A DNA stretch of 64,000 nucleotides. It comes from the human T2T-CHM13v2.0 reference genome, Homo sapiens. A program made the position numbers and the translations under genes. The notes beneath the pieces were generated by a model. That model was not told the origin of the DNA, made no database searches, and saw nothing but the letters and a program-made list of their open reading frames with translations. Every line of letters starts with the position of its first letter. Position 1 is the stretch's first letter. The stretch lies in assembly GCF_009914755.1 (NCBI RefSeq), contig NC_060925.1. One strand, given 5' to 3'. Shown here piece by piece: positions 42,262 to 58,959 of this stretch.

Positions 42262-42765
42262 TATTTTTCAGAGATGGCTGCACCAATACATATTCCAACC
42301 CCATTTCTCTATTGAGAGGGGCATCTATGTTTCTTCCCAATGAAACTGAATGAACTTGTGTAACTGCTTTGACCAACAGAATCCAGAGAAAAGGACAGTG
42401 CATGACTTTTGAGGCTAGATCATGAAAGGCAACAAGCCTACTACTGGCTAGAATCTTTCTCTTGGCTCATGTGCCTTTTGGAGCCATGAGTCATCAGGTT
42501 AGAAACTCAGCTATTCTGACGCTGCCATACTTAGAAGACCATATAGGGAAACCACATACAGATGGAGCTGCCTGAGGAATCCGAGCTATTTGAGTCTTTC
42601 CAGCCCACGCATTCAAATAGGAGTGAAAAAGCCTTTGAAATGAGAGTTCATGAGAGTTCCTCAACCTGAATGGTCCTTATGAGCCATGCTGTGTTCCTAA
42701 CCCTTAGAAAGTCTGAGAGATAATAAATGATTGTTTTAAGGTATTAACACAGAAAAAGTAACTAG
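42262..42765 (+). mobile_element. MLT1 (G/H-like) LTR
   Basis: 'agatggctgc...gtaactgctttgaccaacagaat...catgacttttgaggctag...gagagataataaatgattgttttaag'. Confidence 0.75.
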
Positions 42766-45700
42766 GATCTACGTCTTAATAGTTCAAACTTTTAATACAC
42801 CTAATTGGTGTTAAATAGGATCACACTGCTAAAATTGTGGGGTCACCATAACTATGGTGTGAAGTTGGAGTGTAAATTATTTGGTTAGTCATTTTATAAA
42901 CCTTCTTTATTTTCATTTTGTCACTGTCTCCATAGTGCTTTGAAGTTAGGTAGTTTCAAATTGAGTCTTGATTTTACCACTTATTAGTATTCTAATTTTC
43001 AGTGTTAACTCCCCTCTTGCTGTTTCCTCATTTATAATAATAAAGGTGATATGACCATTGCTAAATGAGATCACATATTTGAAAGCTTGTTATACAATGT
43101 TTCAAATGTAGAAGGCACATATTCACATATATGTTGCTCTTTGTGGAGCACGTATAAGGGTCATTTGGAAGTGAGGATAACCTGGATTTGAAAATTCAAT
43201 TCCTCATGTATCTATTTAAAATTTTGAGAGTTACTTAAGCTTCTTGATACCAGGGAATTGCTAATGACAAACTAAAATTCCTGCTGAGAATAACTGAAAA
43301 AGTTACATAAAACCACAAATTATGCATATGAAGTTATCAGAGAACTGCTGGGAAACGGCAAATTAAAGGGACAAAATGCTGGAGAAGGCATTTCCGTGAA
43401 GCGAGGTTAGCCAGCATTCTGCAGTCACTTTTATTTTTTTTTTAAACCAGACCACAAGTAGGGGGCTGAGATTCCCATGATTTGGACAAACATGTGAAAC
43501 AGAAGGTGAAAAAAGAAGCAGGGCTTTTGGTTGTTACATAAACGAGAAAGAAAACAATAATTATAACAATGACACATTAAGAGACCAGAATTCTACTACG
43601 AAGAGTCATTAATTGAAGTTCTGGCCTGTCAGATTGCCCCTCAAAATATTTGTCAAATTCACAAATTATTTGGGACATGAAGCTAAGAGACAAAACAAAA
43701 GTTATCTGAATAACAGCACTGAAGACTTAGGGTCCAGGTCCCTGCAGTGGGTAACACCCTACTGATTGCACCAGTCTCCCAGTTGGACCACTTTTCCTGT
43801 TAGCTAAGTCCTAAGACTGGGGATTAATTAGAGCTAGACTAAGGCTTAGCAGACGTGCAACCTTACCTCAGGTTGGGTCAATACATGATTAAAAGAAAGC
43901 AATCTGTCTCTTACTCTATCTGCCTAGGAAAGGAAAGTGAAAGCTAACAAAACAAAAAAAGAGAAGTAAATACATTCATAAATAAAAATGGTAGTTTTTA
44001 ACATAATTTTTCAGTAACTCATAGAACAAGCAAACCAAAAAATAAAAAAATAATTTGAATATTTGAATTGTAATATTAAGAAATTCAGCTTAACAAGAAT
44101 ACCCAGTAACTGCAATTATACATGAAAACAATTTCAAAACATATGCATGAAAAGAATGTGAAAACATATTCTATAAGAGCCAGAGAGCAAACTTCAACCA
44201 ATTTCAAATAATTGGACTCATGCAGAGTATATTCTCTCGCCACAGATGAATTTTTGAATTCAATAACACACACACACAAAAATACAAAATGTCCAAATGT
44301 TAATTAAAGGAAACACTTCAAAATAACTCACAAACATAATTTTTATAAGTTTTAAAAAATATTTAACTGAATGTAATAAAAAAGACATAATATGCAAAAT
44401 GCAGCTAGAACAGTGCTTAGGTGAAAATCATGCCCTTGAATGCAGGTAGATAGGTAAATAACTAGATACATAGATGCCTAAAGGTCACTGACTTAAGCAC
44501 CCACCTCCAGAAGCCATACAAAATGATTATATTACAGCCAGAATAAAGTGAAAGAACAAAAGAATGTATAGCAGAAATCAATGAAATAGAAAGCAGATAC
44601 AAAAAAGAAAAAATAAGCATAATAGACAAAATTTTCTTCTCATAAAATGAATAAAATTTATAATCTAAAAAATTTAATAAGGGAAAGAGAGCAAGAGAAC
44701 AAGAGAAACTAAATACAAATAACAGTATCAGAAAAGAAAAGAGGGCATCACTACAGTCCCCATAGTTATTAAGAAGGAAAGAAGATAATAGAAGCAATTT
44801 TATTCAATTAGATTTGAAATCATAGGTACAATAAGCATATTCCTTGGAAATGAAAAATGTAAAACTGACAGGAAATCTGGATACCCTTTATCTAGTCAAG
44901 AAATTAAATTTATGTCAGATTCTTTCACGAAATAAATGAATAAATGATCTCTGCCTATATGCTTCATCAATGACTTCTGTAAACTTAGAAAAGATTTAAT
45001 ACTAATCTTACAAAATTTTCTCCAGGGAATTATAAGATGGAAGGCACTTTATAATTTCTTTCATGAGGCCCACAGGATTATGATACTGATACCTGTTGAT
45101 AGTGATACCTGACAAGGCTTTGATGGAATAAATGTCAAGGAACTCTCTCCCATAAACATATATGTAAAATTTAAACAGAATTAGTAAATGGAATCTAGCA
45201 ATATGTAAAATAGGAAAATCTAAAATGTGGAAATCTGACCAACTGTGACAGATTTCAGGACTGCAAGAAGTTCTTTAATTAATGGAATAAACAGAAAAAT
45301 GTATGTTATCCTCTCAATAAAACCAGCAAATGCACCTGAAAACAACACATCACAATTTATAGCTATTTTCAAAATATGCATAAGTAGAAATGGATATTCT
45401 TAATCTGATAAATATTATCTAAAAACAAGCAACAAAGCAACTTATACTTACTGATAAAATATTGAATGCTTTCCACCTGAAAAGAAGAATGAGAGAAAAA
45501 AATCCGCTATTACAGTTTCTATTGAAATTGGGTCAAAGCTCTACACATAATAGAAAGACAGGATTTAAAAAAATAAAAGTATTAAAAGGAAGAAATTATA
45601 ATATTGTTACTTCCTGTTTTAATACAGAATATTCAAAAATCTGGAAATAAATATATTAAATTGAATACATAAGTTTAATAAGTCCACTGAAAAAATGGAC

Positions 45701-46586
45701 AAAATAGGTCATATTAGTAAAAAATAATTAAATACTGTAATTTAAAAGGAAACCACTGAAAATAACATCAGAAAACATCAAATACCAAGAAAACATTTAC
45801 TAAAATTGTTTAAGTGACTCCAAAAAGTGCCTCACGGTTCCAAGACAAATTGTTGATGATATCAATAAATGGAAGGTATACCATGTTCAAGGTTTAAATT
45901 ACTCAATTTGTAAATATTTTATATCTTCATAAATCCATTTATAGAGTTAATATATTCCCAATAAATATTCCAATAAGCAGTTTTGTTGAAATTGAAAACT
46001 GATTCTACAATATTTAAACAGATAAAATTTGGAAAGCATATACTACCGGATATCAAGGCTTGCTATAATGCCATAACAAGTAAAACAACTTGATGTGGGC
46101 GAAAGTAAAGATGAATCAATCAATGGAAGAAAAATGGGTTCCTGAAACACTTAAACACATATAGTTATTTGATTTACCTAAATGTCACTGAAATACAGGG
46201 AATGAAACAATAGTCTTCCAGTAAAAGACGTTAGGTTTATTTGATACATATAGAGAAAAACACATTAAAAAGTACCTCACAAAGACAGAAGCAGCTCCAG
46301 ACAGAGTTTTGTCCTAAATGTGAAGGGTAAACTATAAAACTGCTTAGTGATAACACGATAGATTATCTTCATGATCTTGGGGCAAACAAAGATTTGTTGA
46401 AGGAAATGAAAGCCCACTAAGCAGACATGACAGTTTTTATAACTTCGGCTTCCTTAAAATTAAGAACTTTTGTTTTCAAATAATTTTCATATATCAAACA
46501 ATAGACTTGCATTCAAAATGTATGAAGAATTCCTTCAGATCCATAAGAAAAGAGGGAAAACCCTCTCAAATAAATGGAAAATAATT

Positions 46587-46944
<358 letters not shown>

Positions 46945-46961
46945 CTAAAGATGATGAGGAA

Positions 46962-47031
46962 ATACTCAAGAATCCTATGAGAAAACACCCAATAATCCTA
47001 TGAGAAAACACTCAATAATCCTATGAGAAAA
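46962..47031. repeat. 23-bp tandem repeat, about 3 copies
   Basis: aatcctatgagaaaa at 46971, 46994 and 47017. Confidence 0.9.
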
Positions 47032-50000
47032 TGCTTGCCTCATTTGTCATCGATAATTTTCAAATGAAAACCAAAATGAGATACCCATTTATACCTAATG
47101 GAATAGACTAAAAATAAATGCAAAATAAATTGACACTAAATAATGAGCGTCTAATACTCTCAAATATTCTGAAGTACAAATTTGGGCAGGAAAAAAATCG
47201 CAGTATTCACTAAACTGAACAAAAGCATACTCTATGACTCAACAGTTTCACTTACTGGAATCTACCCAACAGACATGCGGCCATAAGTCATCAAAAGCCA
47301 TGTACATGAATGTTTGTATTGGCTTCCTTATTTACAACGAATATCTGGAATTGATTAAAATGTGTATCAACACTAAAATGGAAAAATACTTTTAATATAT
47401 TAATAAAATGGAATCCCATACATCAATGAAGAAGAAAACTAATACTACTGCTATTTGGTCGTAATACTGAGTATGTGCTTTATATAAAGTATGTGAAATT
47501 TAAGCAGGCAAAACTATTCTATTTTATATATATATATATATACACACTATTCTATATAATGTGAGGGCTCAGAATATTATTTACTTTTGTGTGTAAGTTA
47601 ATAACTGATATCCATAAGAGAAGCTTCTGGGGTATTGATTATGTCCTATATGGTTACATGGCTTTATTTACCTTGTAAAAGTTCACGAAACTCTAGATTT
47701 ATGATATATGCAACTTATTGTATGCATGTTATGCATCAATTTAAACAATTGAAAAATCTCCCCAGCTTGCACATATTAGCATAATTTTGGTAGGAATACC
47801 TACAGGGGCCAGCGATGTAACAAGGACCATCTAAATTAGAAATGAGGCAACCTATATGTAGCTCCAACTAAATGCTATCATTCAGAATTGCAAATCTAGT
47901 GTTGTCATATTAAGAAAGCTAGACATTTTAGATTTTTTGTGAAATTTTCTCGTTTTAAGTGTTTCTGTTTTATCCCCACTCCCAAACAGTATGTTAACAT
48001 AAAAAACACAAAACGTGTTTTATCTAGGAGCAAACGTTTTGTGCTCATTGAAATTTTGGTATGATTATTACAATCTTGATAACAGATGTCTTTCCTCTGT
48101 AATTTTCTTAAACAGAGAAATGTAGACCTGTCCTTCGGTTATTGTTAGGGCAACCTCAGTGCTGCATTAGTATTGTTTTCTATTGTGGTATCTTTCCTTT
48201 CTGCTACCTCAGCTTTCACAAGTCATTTTTATTCTTTTTTGCCAGCTCAGCTGACCATCGTGAATGTTATTCTGTACTGAATCATCAGTATAGAATGGTT
48301 GCAATTCAATTAGCTGTCAGGGTATATAACCTCAAATCTACTCCTGGTCAATATTTATGAAATGCTCAGCTGAGAGGCACAATATTTATGGAAAAGTTTC
48401 TGAAAGGTAAGCAGTGCACTCATTCTCTGAATGCTCTTAATAGCTACCCATAAATTAATCCATAGTACAAGTGTACCACCCACCTAGACCACAGAATTTT
48501 GCCACCTCCTAATACAACAGAATTTACAGAATTGCCTTTTGGCCATATGCCATAAGCATACAATGAGAGATAGAGTAAGAAACCTCCCTAACACATTTGT
48601 TGCATTTATGCTACATAACTGTTTTTCCAATGATGAATCACCATAGAAATATCTCTTGAACCCAAGCATCAAAAAAAAAAGCTACTCATGGCAATCGGAT
48701 TACTTTTGTTTCATGGGCCCTCTGACTCATGTGCCTCCCTGCTTCTCGAAAGAAGGGTACCTGGAATTACATTCATATGCAGGAAACTAGAAAATCAATA
48801 TGGAATATGGAGATTTTCGCTGAAAAATTAATTTTACTCAAATATTTAGAGAAACATTTTGAATTTTTATACTCTCCAAATGCTTTGCCACACATGCATA
48901 TAAATAAACTAATCATAAGCCATTTTCTCCATTTTGATTGGTAAATATTTTTTATTTTTAGTTTGTTTTGTAGATATCTTAAAAGTATAAGTTTGAAGCA
49001 TAAGCTTTCATGACGCCAGTATAAGTGCACAAGACATTTGAGAATGTAAAGATAAGAAATAATTAAGACTATGAAAGGTATGGAATTGCTCCTGATGTAA
49101 CTCTTAAAGACTTTGACAACAAGGAATGCAAAAGCATTATCAAAGTATACCAAGATATTTGATAGAAAACATATTCAAATGTTTACCTTAATTGTGTATT
49201 TATTGAAATGAAAATAAATTCCAGTTCCAATTTTGCTAAAAACCCTGAAGTATGACAACCTAAATATGTCACCTTCATGTCATTCTTCAAGACTAATTAT
49301 TTAGCATGTTTTTTGCCTTCTTTAGCAAAGAAATACTGAGCAAGTATATTTATTCTAATATTAGAGCCTGACTTACAAAATTGTCATTTTATCATATATG
49401 ATATCAAGGTTGAAATTGCACTTAGTTACTACAAAACAAAATGGTGAATGTTTGCAATGCACATAAAAGATAAGCAAATTGAAGCACATATGAGAGTTAA
49501 TAAAGACAAGAGGATGCTTAAAGTTTCAAGAAGCCAAGAGCAGGATAGCTACAAGAAATTGGAATCATATTGGAATCAAACATTGCATTAACAATACTGA
49601 CTGCAAAAGGATCAATATCTCAGATTTCTAAGGGCACATGATTATGAAAACACAATTTCAGACCAAAGAAAAATAGCCAAAATATATATTGCTATATTAT
49701 TCAAAGGTTAACCTGTTTTCCAAACTTTAAAAATATTCTCAGGAATATATTTCCTCAAAACAATAAAGAGATCCAAAATAATAGTAATATTAGATATAGA
49801 CCCCGACAATTTCTTTCTAGAGGGGAAGAAAAACAAGCATCAAGTTGACAGTTGAGTAGCAAGGTGAGCATGCATGCAATCAATTGAAATGAGAAAAGGT
49901 CAGGAACCCCTAGAAAAAACATAGACTTATGTACGTTTTTTCTATTAGATAGATACTATTAGTAATCAAATGGTGTCATAGCTTAAGACAAAAAGAAAAT

Positions 50001-51898
50001 TAGAATAACAATTGAAAACTCCAGAAAAATAAAATTTTACTTTAAATAATCCTTCAATTATACATCAAACATACTATGGTACAATTTTGGATTGATGAAT
50101 GCCAGTTTAAAAAGTTCCGTCTGACTCATTAATCTGGAATAACAGATTAAGTATATTTTAGCTACATCCTCTTTTCTGCTCTTTTAATTTCACCTTTTAG
50201 GATAAATTAATATTTACAAAATTACAATAGTGTAAATGTTATTCGGTAGTTTTCCCTTTAGAATAAACTTATAGAAAAAAGAGAGAAAATTGAATTGCAG
50301 TTACTGATGATAATGTAAACATTATACAATTTTTCAATGTTGTTGAAACAGTATTACAAACAGTAGCTGAGAAGTGAAGAGGAGATTGCAGAGGAAGGAA
50401 AACAGTAGACATATACATTCCATTGTCATGCTTAATAGAAAATTAAAATATAATTTCTAATACTTACAGAAAGAGAAATAATTATAAAATATCTCACATA
50501 GATTAAACAATTTCAGAACACATAAAATTTGAGAACAGTGAATGAAGAATTGGAAATAGTTTTCATGAGTTAAATTCCTGGTCACTGAATGATAAATAAA
50601 TATTATCTGTAATTACAAAATGGGCATAGATGTACGCTATGTAAATTTCATCAATAGGTTTAAAATAATAGTTTTTAAAAGTGGTTACTTTTAAAGGGTC
50701 ATGATGGAGAATTGTATTGGGATACCATTTTTATTTTTATTTTTGTACCCTTCAGTTCTATTTTATTATTTTTTAATCATTCAAATATGTTACTCAATAT
50801 CAAATTCTTTTTATAAAACATGATAATTTGGCTTTGCATCCATTTTTTTCTGGCTAAAAAGGAGACTTATTAATAATACAATAAGCATAAAATAGGAAAA
50901 TTTATGTTATTTCCTACAAGATAGGTTATAAAAACATCTTGTTAGATAATGTTACCACAATAAAAGAAAAGCTGGTGAAACTTCAGGATATAGATATGTT
51001 AAATGTAATAAACAAAAATTTGAAAATTTTAAAATGCATATATTATTTTACTGAATGCTGCTATTGGAATGTTTTTTAATGTATTCCAAAGATATATTTA
51101 AAAAACTGGTTATTAAAGAAAATAATAGATTTCAGTTTATGTAGTTTATGTTAGTGATCAGACAATTTTACAGATCCTTAATGAAGATATATCTTATATA
51201 GAGTGCTTGAATGTAAAATCAATGGTAAACACTTTTTTAAATGATTTCAATTTTCAATCAATTTAAAGATAATATGGGGATATGTCTGCAGATTGGACCA
51301 ATACTGTGAGGAAAAGTATGAATACGTTTTAACAGCATTTACAACAGCTTACCTTCAGGCATTTACTTCAGGTTTCCACAATGTGAAAAAATCAGTGTTC
51401 TTGTAAACATGATAAAGTTTTTTTTTAATCAGTGATTTATACATGCATAAGTATTTGTGGAGCTTTTTATGAGGAAATGGGAAGCAACTGCTGTGACTTA
51501 CTCTAATATAAAATTTATCTAAGTCTTTTTCATGATTTTGCAAATTCACTGTTAAATTGCACCTGACAACATCATAGCAATAAAAATTAAGTTTGAGTGT
51601 TAGATGGTTGATTGCCTGAGGCTCCTTTACATGTCATGAAAAGTTAAAGTTTGAGTTGTAAGATAAGTAGCATCATCAGTCAACTTTCTTCACAGTGAAA
51701 TTCCTTTGATGAGTATTTCACAAAGAAAAAAAATCTAATGATCGAATCATAAAACCTTTGACCCAATCATCTGACAGAATTGATTTGATCTCCAGTCAAG
51801 AAGATACACTTCTCGATACTTTGTTATATCTGTGAAATGACCTTCTCTTTTAAGAAATATAGCAGGTGAATTACTCAAAGAAGTCTTTCTAGTAATGA

Positions 51899-52254
<356 letters not shown>

Positions 52255-52676
52255 CTATTTAAATGGATAATTTAACTGGTAAAGAAAAAAATAGAAGCAA
52301 TTCTTAGAAACCAGAAAGAGAAAGAAAGGAAGGGAAGGGAAGTGGATAGGAGGAAAGAGGAGGGGTGAGGAAGGGAGGGGGAAGGGACGAAGAGGTAAAT
52401 AAGCATAGAACCCAGGAATACTCTGATGTTACCTGTGATAGCTTAGAAAACTTGATTTAAACACTAATCTGGGACTCAAAAGACAAAGGCTGGTGACTAA
52501 AGAGTTGGGGCTCAGATCTGAGATTCCTCTATCAAAGATCATATCCCAGAAGAGTGAAGGCCTCAGTAGGTAAACTAGAAAACACAGCAGAGGTAAACAG
52601 AGAGTATTCAAGACTTTCCCTAAGTGTTAATTTCCCTTGGTTTCTTTGGGATATTAGCTTGCTCATGTGCATTTTG

Positions 52677-52977
52677 TTCTTTTTTTTTAAGAGACAGAGT
52701 CTTGCTCTGTTGCCCAGGCTGGAGTTGGTGCGGTGGCACCATCTTGGCTCACTGGAGCCTCAAACTCGTGGGCTCAAATGACACGCCCACTTAAGCCTCC
52801 CGAGGAGCTGAGATTACAGGCGCAAGCTACCATGTAAGGCTAATTTATTTTTATTTTTGTGGAGACGAGTCTTGCTATGTTGCCCAGGCTGGTCTCGAGT
52901 TCCTGGGCTCAAGTGATCCACCCACCTCAGCCTCCTAAAGTGCCAGAATTACAGGCAAAAAGCCACCATATCCAGCT
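52677..52977 (-). mobile_element. AluJ
   Basis: J-type sequence; 14-bp TSD tcatgtgcattttg at 52663-52676 and 52978-52991. Confidence 0.92.
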
Positions 52978-53042
52978 TCATGTGCATTTTGAGGTCATCT
53001 AAGAATGTGATGGAATTTTTTTACCTGATTTTGCTATACTAC

Positions 53043-53695
53043 TGTTCAGAGAAAATCCAAACTCTATAAAGTAGTTCAGAGGTTTATTCTGAGCCATTAT
53101 GAGTGACCGCAGCCTGGGGAAAACGCAAACCCAAGAAGCCTTAAGTAAGTAGTCTCCGAAGTGTTTGGATTACAGTTTGGTTTTATACATTTTACAGAGG
53201 CCAGAGTTACAGGCAAAGACATAAATAAGTACATGGAAAGTATATATTGTTTTGGCCCAAAAAGACAGGATATCTTGAAGCAGGAATCCCCAAGTTTTAG
53301 GTGGATTCAGATTCTTTAATTTGCAGTTGGTTAAAGTAGTAAGACTCTCTCTAAAACTTGGAGTCATCAGACAGGAATGTTTTAAGATAACAGTGCTATG
53401 TAGCAAGATTGATGGCCAGCAGGCTTGACTTAACCTTTGCCTTGCATGGCATTGGGTCTTATTTGTAATTTGGAATTTCATTGCCATAAGGAGTGTGTTT
53501 GTCAGTGTTATAATCTCCGTTTTACATGAGCACTGGTCAGTTGTGCCTAAACTCCAAAAAGAAGAGGATATCATGGGGCATGTCCAACCTCCCTTAAACA
53601 ATCATGGCTGAAAATTTAGTTGTCAAGATTTGTGTTGGTCAAGAGGGGGTCCATTTTCAGCTAGTAGGGAGCTTAGACTTCATTTTTAGTTTACA
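53043..53695 (-). mobile_element. MER4-family (ERV1) solo LTR
   Basis: TG...CA ends; 'gaggtttattctgagcca...cagtttggttttatacatttta...gggtccatt...tttttagtttaca'. Confidence 0.8.
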
Positions 53696-53924
53696 TCAAA
53701 CAGTGACTTCCTTCTTTCCAGAAATTTTTCTCTTAGTAACCAATTTCAGGAATAAGATGGCTGATTTTTGTGTCAGTTTCATCTCTCTATGGACCAAATT
53801 TGCGGAGGTCTCAAGGGAACTACCAATTAAATACGTCTTACCTAGTATATTTCCTTTCTCTTAGGGGTACCTTCCTTCCCGTTCTTGCCTGCTTTTAGTC
53901 ACTCTTAACTCTTCATAAGGTTGA

Positions 53925-54311
<387 letters not shown>

Positions 54312-56437
54312 TATCTTTTTTTAAAGCTAAGCTGTCTTTTCTAATATAATGTAAATATACAAATTGTGTTATTTTAAAGTGCAATTTCATGACAGAATTT
54401 CAACTACTTAAATACATGATGTCCGTGGTAAACACTATTTTAAATTGTGATAAAATACTTAAAGAAAATAGTAAACATATGGTCCTGGATCCTGAGAAAA
54501 TAATTCCTCACACAATGCACGAAATGTATCCATTTCTTAAAAATGTCAAACATTTGCTTTTCCTTAGGTGTAAATAATTTTCTCCTTTGGGAGAATTGGT
54601 GATGCTGAATAAGTGATTTGTGAAGCAAAGTAAATTTATAAGATCATTACAAATGGCAGCTTCCAGAAAATGGTGAGGGTAATATGTCAAGGCAAAAAAA
54701 AAAAAAAAAAATGCTGTTTCTTCAGTCACTGAAAATCATCTCCTTAATCATGTTGCTTGGGGAAAAATACATTTGCTTTTCCCGTCTAATTTTCCAAATG
54801 ACATGCTGATTTTACATGGCTCTGTTGATGCATAAGTAATTGATAATTCAGAAGAATGTATAATACAATGTTCTTGAATATCTTAACATTTTGTCTCAGT
54901 TGGGTAATCATCTACTTCTTTCTTCTTACAGGTCCCTATTATAAATTAAATAAATGAATATTTTGAATGATTCTTTAATCATATACATATAGACTATTGA
55001 TGAGTAAAATATATATTTTGATAAATCTTCCACTCTACTATCCAATATAAAATTTAAAAACAATGTCTTCTGTAATATAAAACACTGTATAATATAAAAA
55101 TATTAATCAAACTTAGAGTTTAAGAATGTGGAATCTCCAAGCTAAACCCCTTTCTCAGTTTTTGGTTAATCAGGGATAAAGTGAAGATTAATATGATGAA
55201 GATTGCTGATATGGAAAGAGTGGAAAATAATTATTCAGACTGGATTTTTTAAAGAGGCTTCTTGCTTTAATAATAGTGGGAGATGAAGAGGAATGATGTG
55301 ATTTTTATTTTTTCACCTGCTTTTTAGTTTTTGTAAGCAGAGGCATCTTTACTAAACCATCTGGCTTTTATAATTACTAATCAGAGGCAAGATGCTGTAA
55401 GCTTCTTATCAGTCAGAGTTCATCATTCCTCACTGATTGCTCCAAATAGCCAGGAAAATGGAGAATCACAGTTCATATACATGTAGCCAAGAAAAACAAA
55501 AATTAAACTCTGTTCTATTCTGGAGAACTTGTCCTGTGAAAACACTACGTGCATCCCCTTTGGCCAGGAACACCACAGTGGTTCTGTTCACACAGCTAAT
55601 GGGAGCTGCTCCAGAATTTCTGTCTCTTCCACTCATGGGAACCTGAAGTAGTTGAAGGCACCATGCAAGATGACAAGAAGTGGCTGCCTCATTGTATACA
55701 TTCAAATTTTGGAGGAAGAACATATGATAGAAAAAGCTTAGGTCACATGATATAGGTGTGATTGATAAAGCATCAAGGAATGCTGGGAAAGTGAGATTTG
55801 GTTTCTTCAACATTTGCAATGGAAGACAAGGTCCACCTTACAAAAAGGGGAATTTGGAAAATGTAAATTCAGATGCTCACTAGACAAAAGAAATGGCAAG
55901 TATCCACTATGGAACGGTCTAAAAGAATTAAAAGCACCATTGACCAAAGCTAATAGTTAGTTAATGATAACAGCTACAAACTTAAAGGTAATTTAAAAAT
56001 TCCAATTACACCTAATTTTGTTTTTTTAAGCCCATTGAAATATTTTTTAATGAAATACTGTTCAGATTTTCAGGAACTTCTTGAAAATTGTAATGCATTT
56101 GGTATGCAAGTGGAAAAAAATCTGTGATCCAAAGGGAAGTATCTGTGAATTTATAGACAATAGTCCCCCTCCAAATGGTGATTGTTTTTTTCTTCTTGCA
56201 GGCACATCTGTGATTTTATGTTTGTAGTTTGAAGAATTTTGTTTTTAGCTTAGCTTGTTTTTTTTATCTGTTAGTTCTTCAAGACAATCGTAAGTATACA
56301 TTGATTGTAAGACTATATAGTAGGCTTCCCTATGTTGAACTGGTTATATTTAATCATTCCATTTAATCAGGACACTATCTGAAATCTGAAATTTCGACTA
56401 TGCTTATGCAGATTTGTGTATATAAATTCCGACTTCC

Positions 56438-56739
<302 letters not shown>

Positions 56740-58478
56740 TTATATATTGTAAAATTATTTCTTTTTGCAGATATCTAAGTTAGCCTAATGTATTTCACTT
56801 AGTCTGTTGGATAATGGTTATTTTTCTTTGGTTCTTTAATGGCACTGCTAATTATCTAAAAAATTACCAGAAAGTAACCTAAGAAGATGCAAGTCTAGCA
56901 CCTATCGTGGAAAGTCAGTCAAGTACAAAAGAGAAAATTTTATGGTTATTTTAAAATGAGCAGAATCAAGCTTCTATGGATTTCTTAAGCACTTCAATTT
57001 CTTTTGCAGTTTCTCATATTGATTTTATGTGAGTATAATTATTCTAAAGTAACAGCAGATATACCGCTATTTAAAACAATATAAATATTAAATACTTTAT
57101 GCAAGAAAATACTCAAGAATTAGTAAAAAGGAGGCAATATTACCCAATAGAGATGTAGAAGACATAAGCTCTAAAAATTCACCCACTAATATATTCTAGG
57201 AAGATCTATGGCTAATTTTCCCCAATGTATAATTACATTTGCTCGAACATGTCCTAAAGGTTTCTTCATTGAATGCCACCCTCACAGTTCTGGCCCTTTT
57301 CCTTTAAGCTTAATCAGTATTTGTAGTCTTATATTTTTAAAATTCCTAATGCTTACTCCAATCTTTTAAATTTTGGATCTCATCAACTTCACATTCTAAT
57401 GATGAAGATTCCCTTGAAAGCAACATAAAAATTTACTATAAGATGCACCCTCTGAAACGCTGACCGCATTTATACTATTGAAATAACCAACTCACCATAT
57501 ATTTAAAAGGAAAGTGTTCACAATTCTCACGTTTGTTCCAGAAACTCTAAGACCGTTTTGTTTTCCTTTATGAAGATGGCTGAAATCACTGCATCAACTA
57601 TGCTCAAGCCACTTTATTAGGGGAAGAAAAGAATCAGAGCTATGTGCCAAGTGCCAGGTTAGGGGTTAAAAAGTTTAGAGTGACAACACATGTACCAGAA
57701 TCTTGGCATGTAGTAATAGGATAACTTTAAGACAAATTCTTAAATACCGGAGTAAGAAGAGCAGGACCTAAAATTAATCAACGATGTACTATGTGCCCAA
57801 ATTGCCACTATTGTTCCTTATAGATTTATTTTTCAAGTAGACCATAAACTCTCAGACTTTTCACTCTATATAATTCTTATCACCATACTGAGAATATAGT
57901 AAACAGAATGTTTGCTTACTAATTATCTAATTTATTAAGATACTGGAAACAGCAAGAGCTTTTTCCTTTTTCTTTTTCAATATCCTCTAAACCCATAAGT
58001 TGAGCTGATTCAATTAGGAAGGTTCAGATATTGTACTGTAAACCTTGGATTTAGATACACTTTGGCCCAATCCTAGTCTTACCATTTCTAGAAGGGAAGC
58101 CTTGAACAAATTCTTTAACTTCCATGAACTCCAATTGCTTTATTCATAAAATGAGGATTAATTTTTTCTTACAACATAAACTGGAGGCTACATTGAGGTG
58201 GCATGTTCTCTGATAATAATATTAGTGTTATTTATTCTGTTACTATTATTATGTATTATGCTGTGGTATAAAAACAGCATTTTGGGGTTGAGTTAATAAC
58301 ATGCTTATTATTTACTGTTTTCTGAACAAGGACACATAGTGTAGGCTAATGCTAAATTCTCTAAACTTTATGTTTTCATGATAGTGTAGGGTTGCATTCT
58401 TCCTGTCTCAGTAAAACCTCTTTAAAGGAAAAAGGTGTGGACTTTTCTATGTTTTTAGTAGATCTGAGAAAGATAGTC

Positions 58479-58959
58479 TGTTAGCTTGCAAAGATGGCCA
58501 CAATTTCTTATCTCTCCCTGTATCTGTATTTTTGCCAGACTATTCCGTAGTTCTTCTAAAGGGATCAAGTCTATTTCCTTACCTTTTAAATATGGACAGG
58601 TTTTGTGGCTTTCTTTAGTTAATATACTCGGTGGAACTGATGATGTGTAGTTCTGACTTAAGACATCTATGGGATGTTTCTGCTTCCTCTGTGGCTCTCT
58701 TGCAGGCTACTTCTGGCATGTCCTTGTGGTAATGGGAGATTTGCAAGAAAGCAGTCCAAGGCTTTGATCAGCCATCTGCCATCCAGCCTTCAAATCTGTA
58801 AGCCAGATCAACAAGGAAGATTCACATAGCCAACTGTCAGCTGACTCAACAGTGTGCCCAATACACACTGCTTGTTAAATGCCACGAGGGTTTGGTTTAG
58901 TTTCTTAAAAGGAAATGTTTTTTCCTTTTAACTGTATCAGTCAAAAGACAACTGATACA
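58479..58959 (+). mobile_element. MLT1H-like LTR, degraded
   Basis: 'ttgcaaagatggccacaatttc...agtctatttccttacc...ttgttaaatgccacgagggtttgg...caactgataca'. Confidence 0.75.

Noticed and set aside
53170-53601. Longest ORF in the track (143 aa)
   Set aside because: Lies entirely within a MER4-family LTR and has no recognisable domain.
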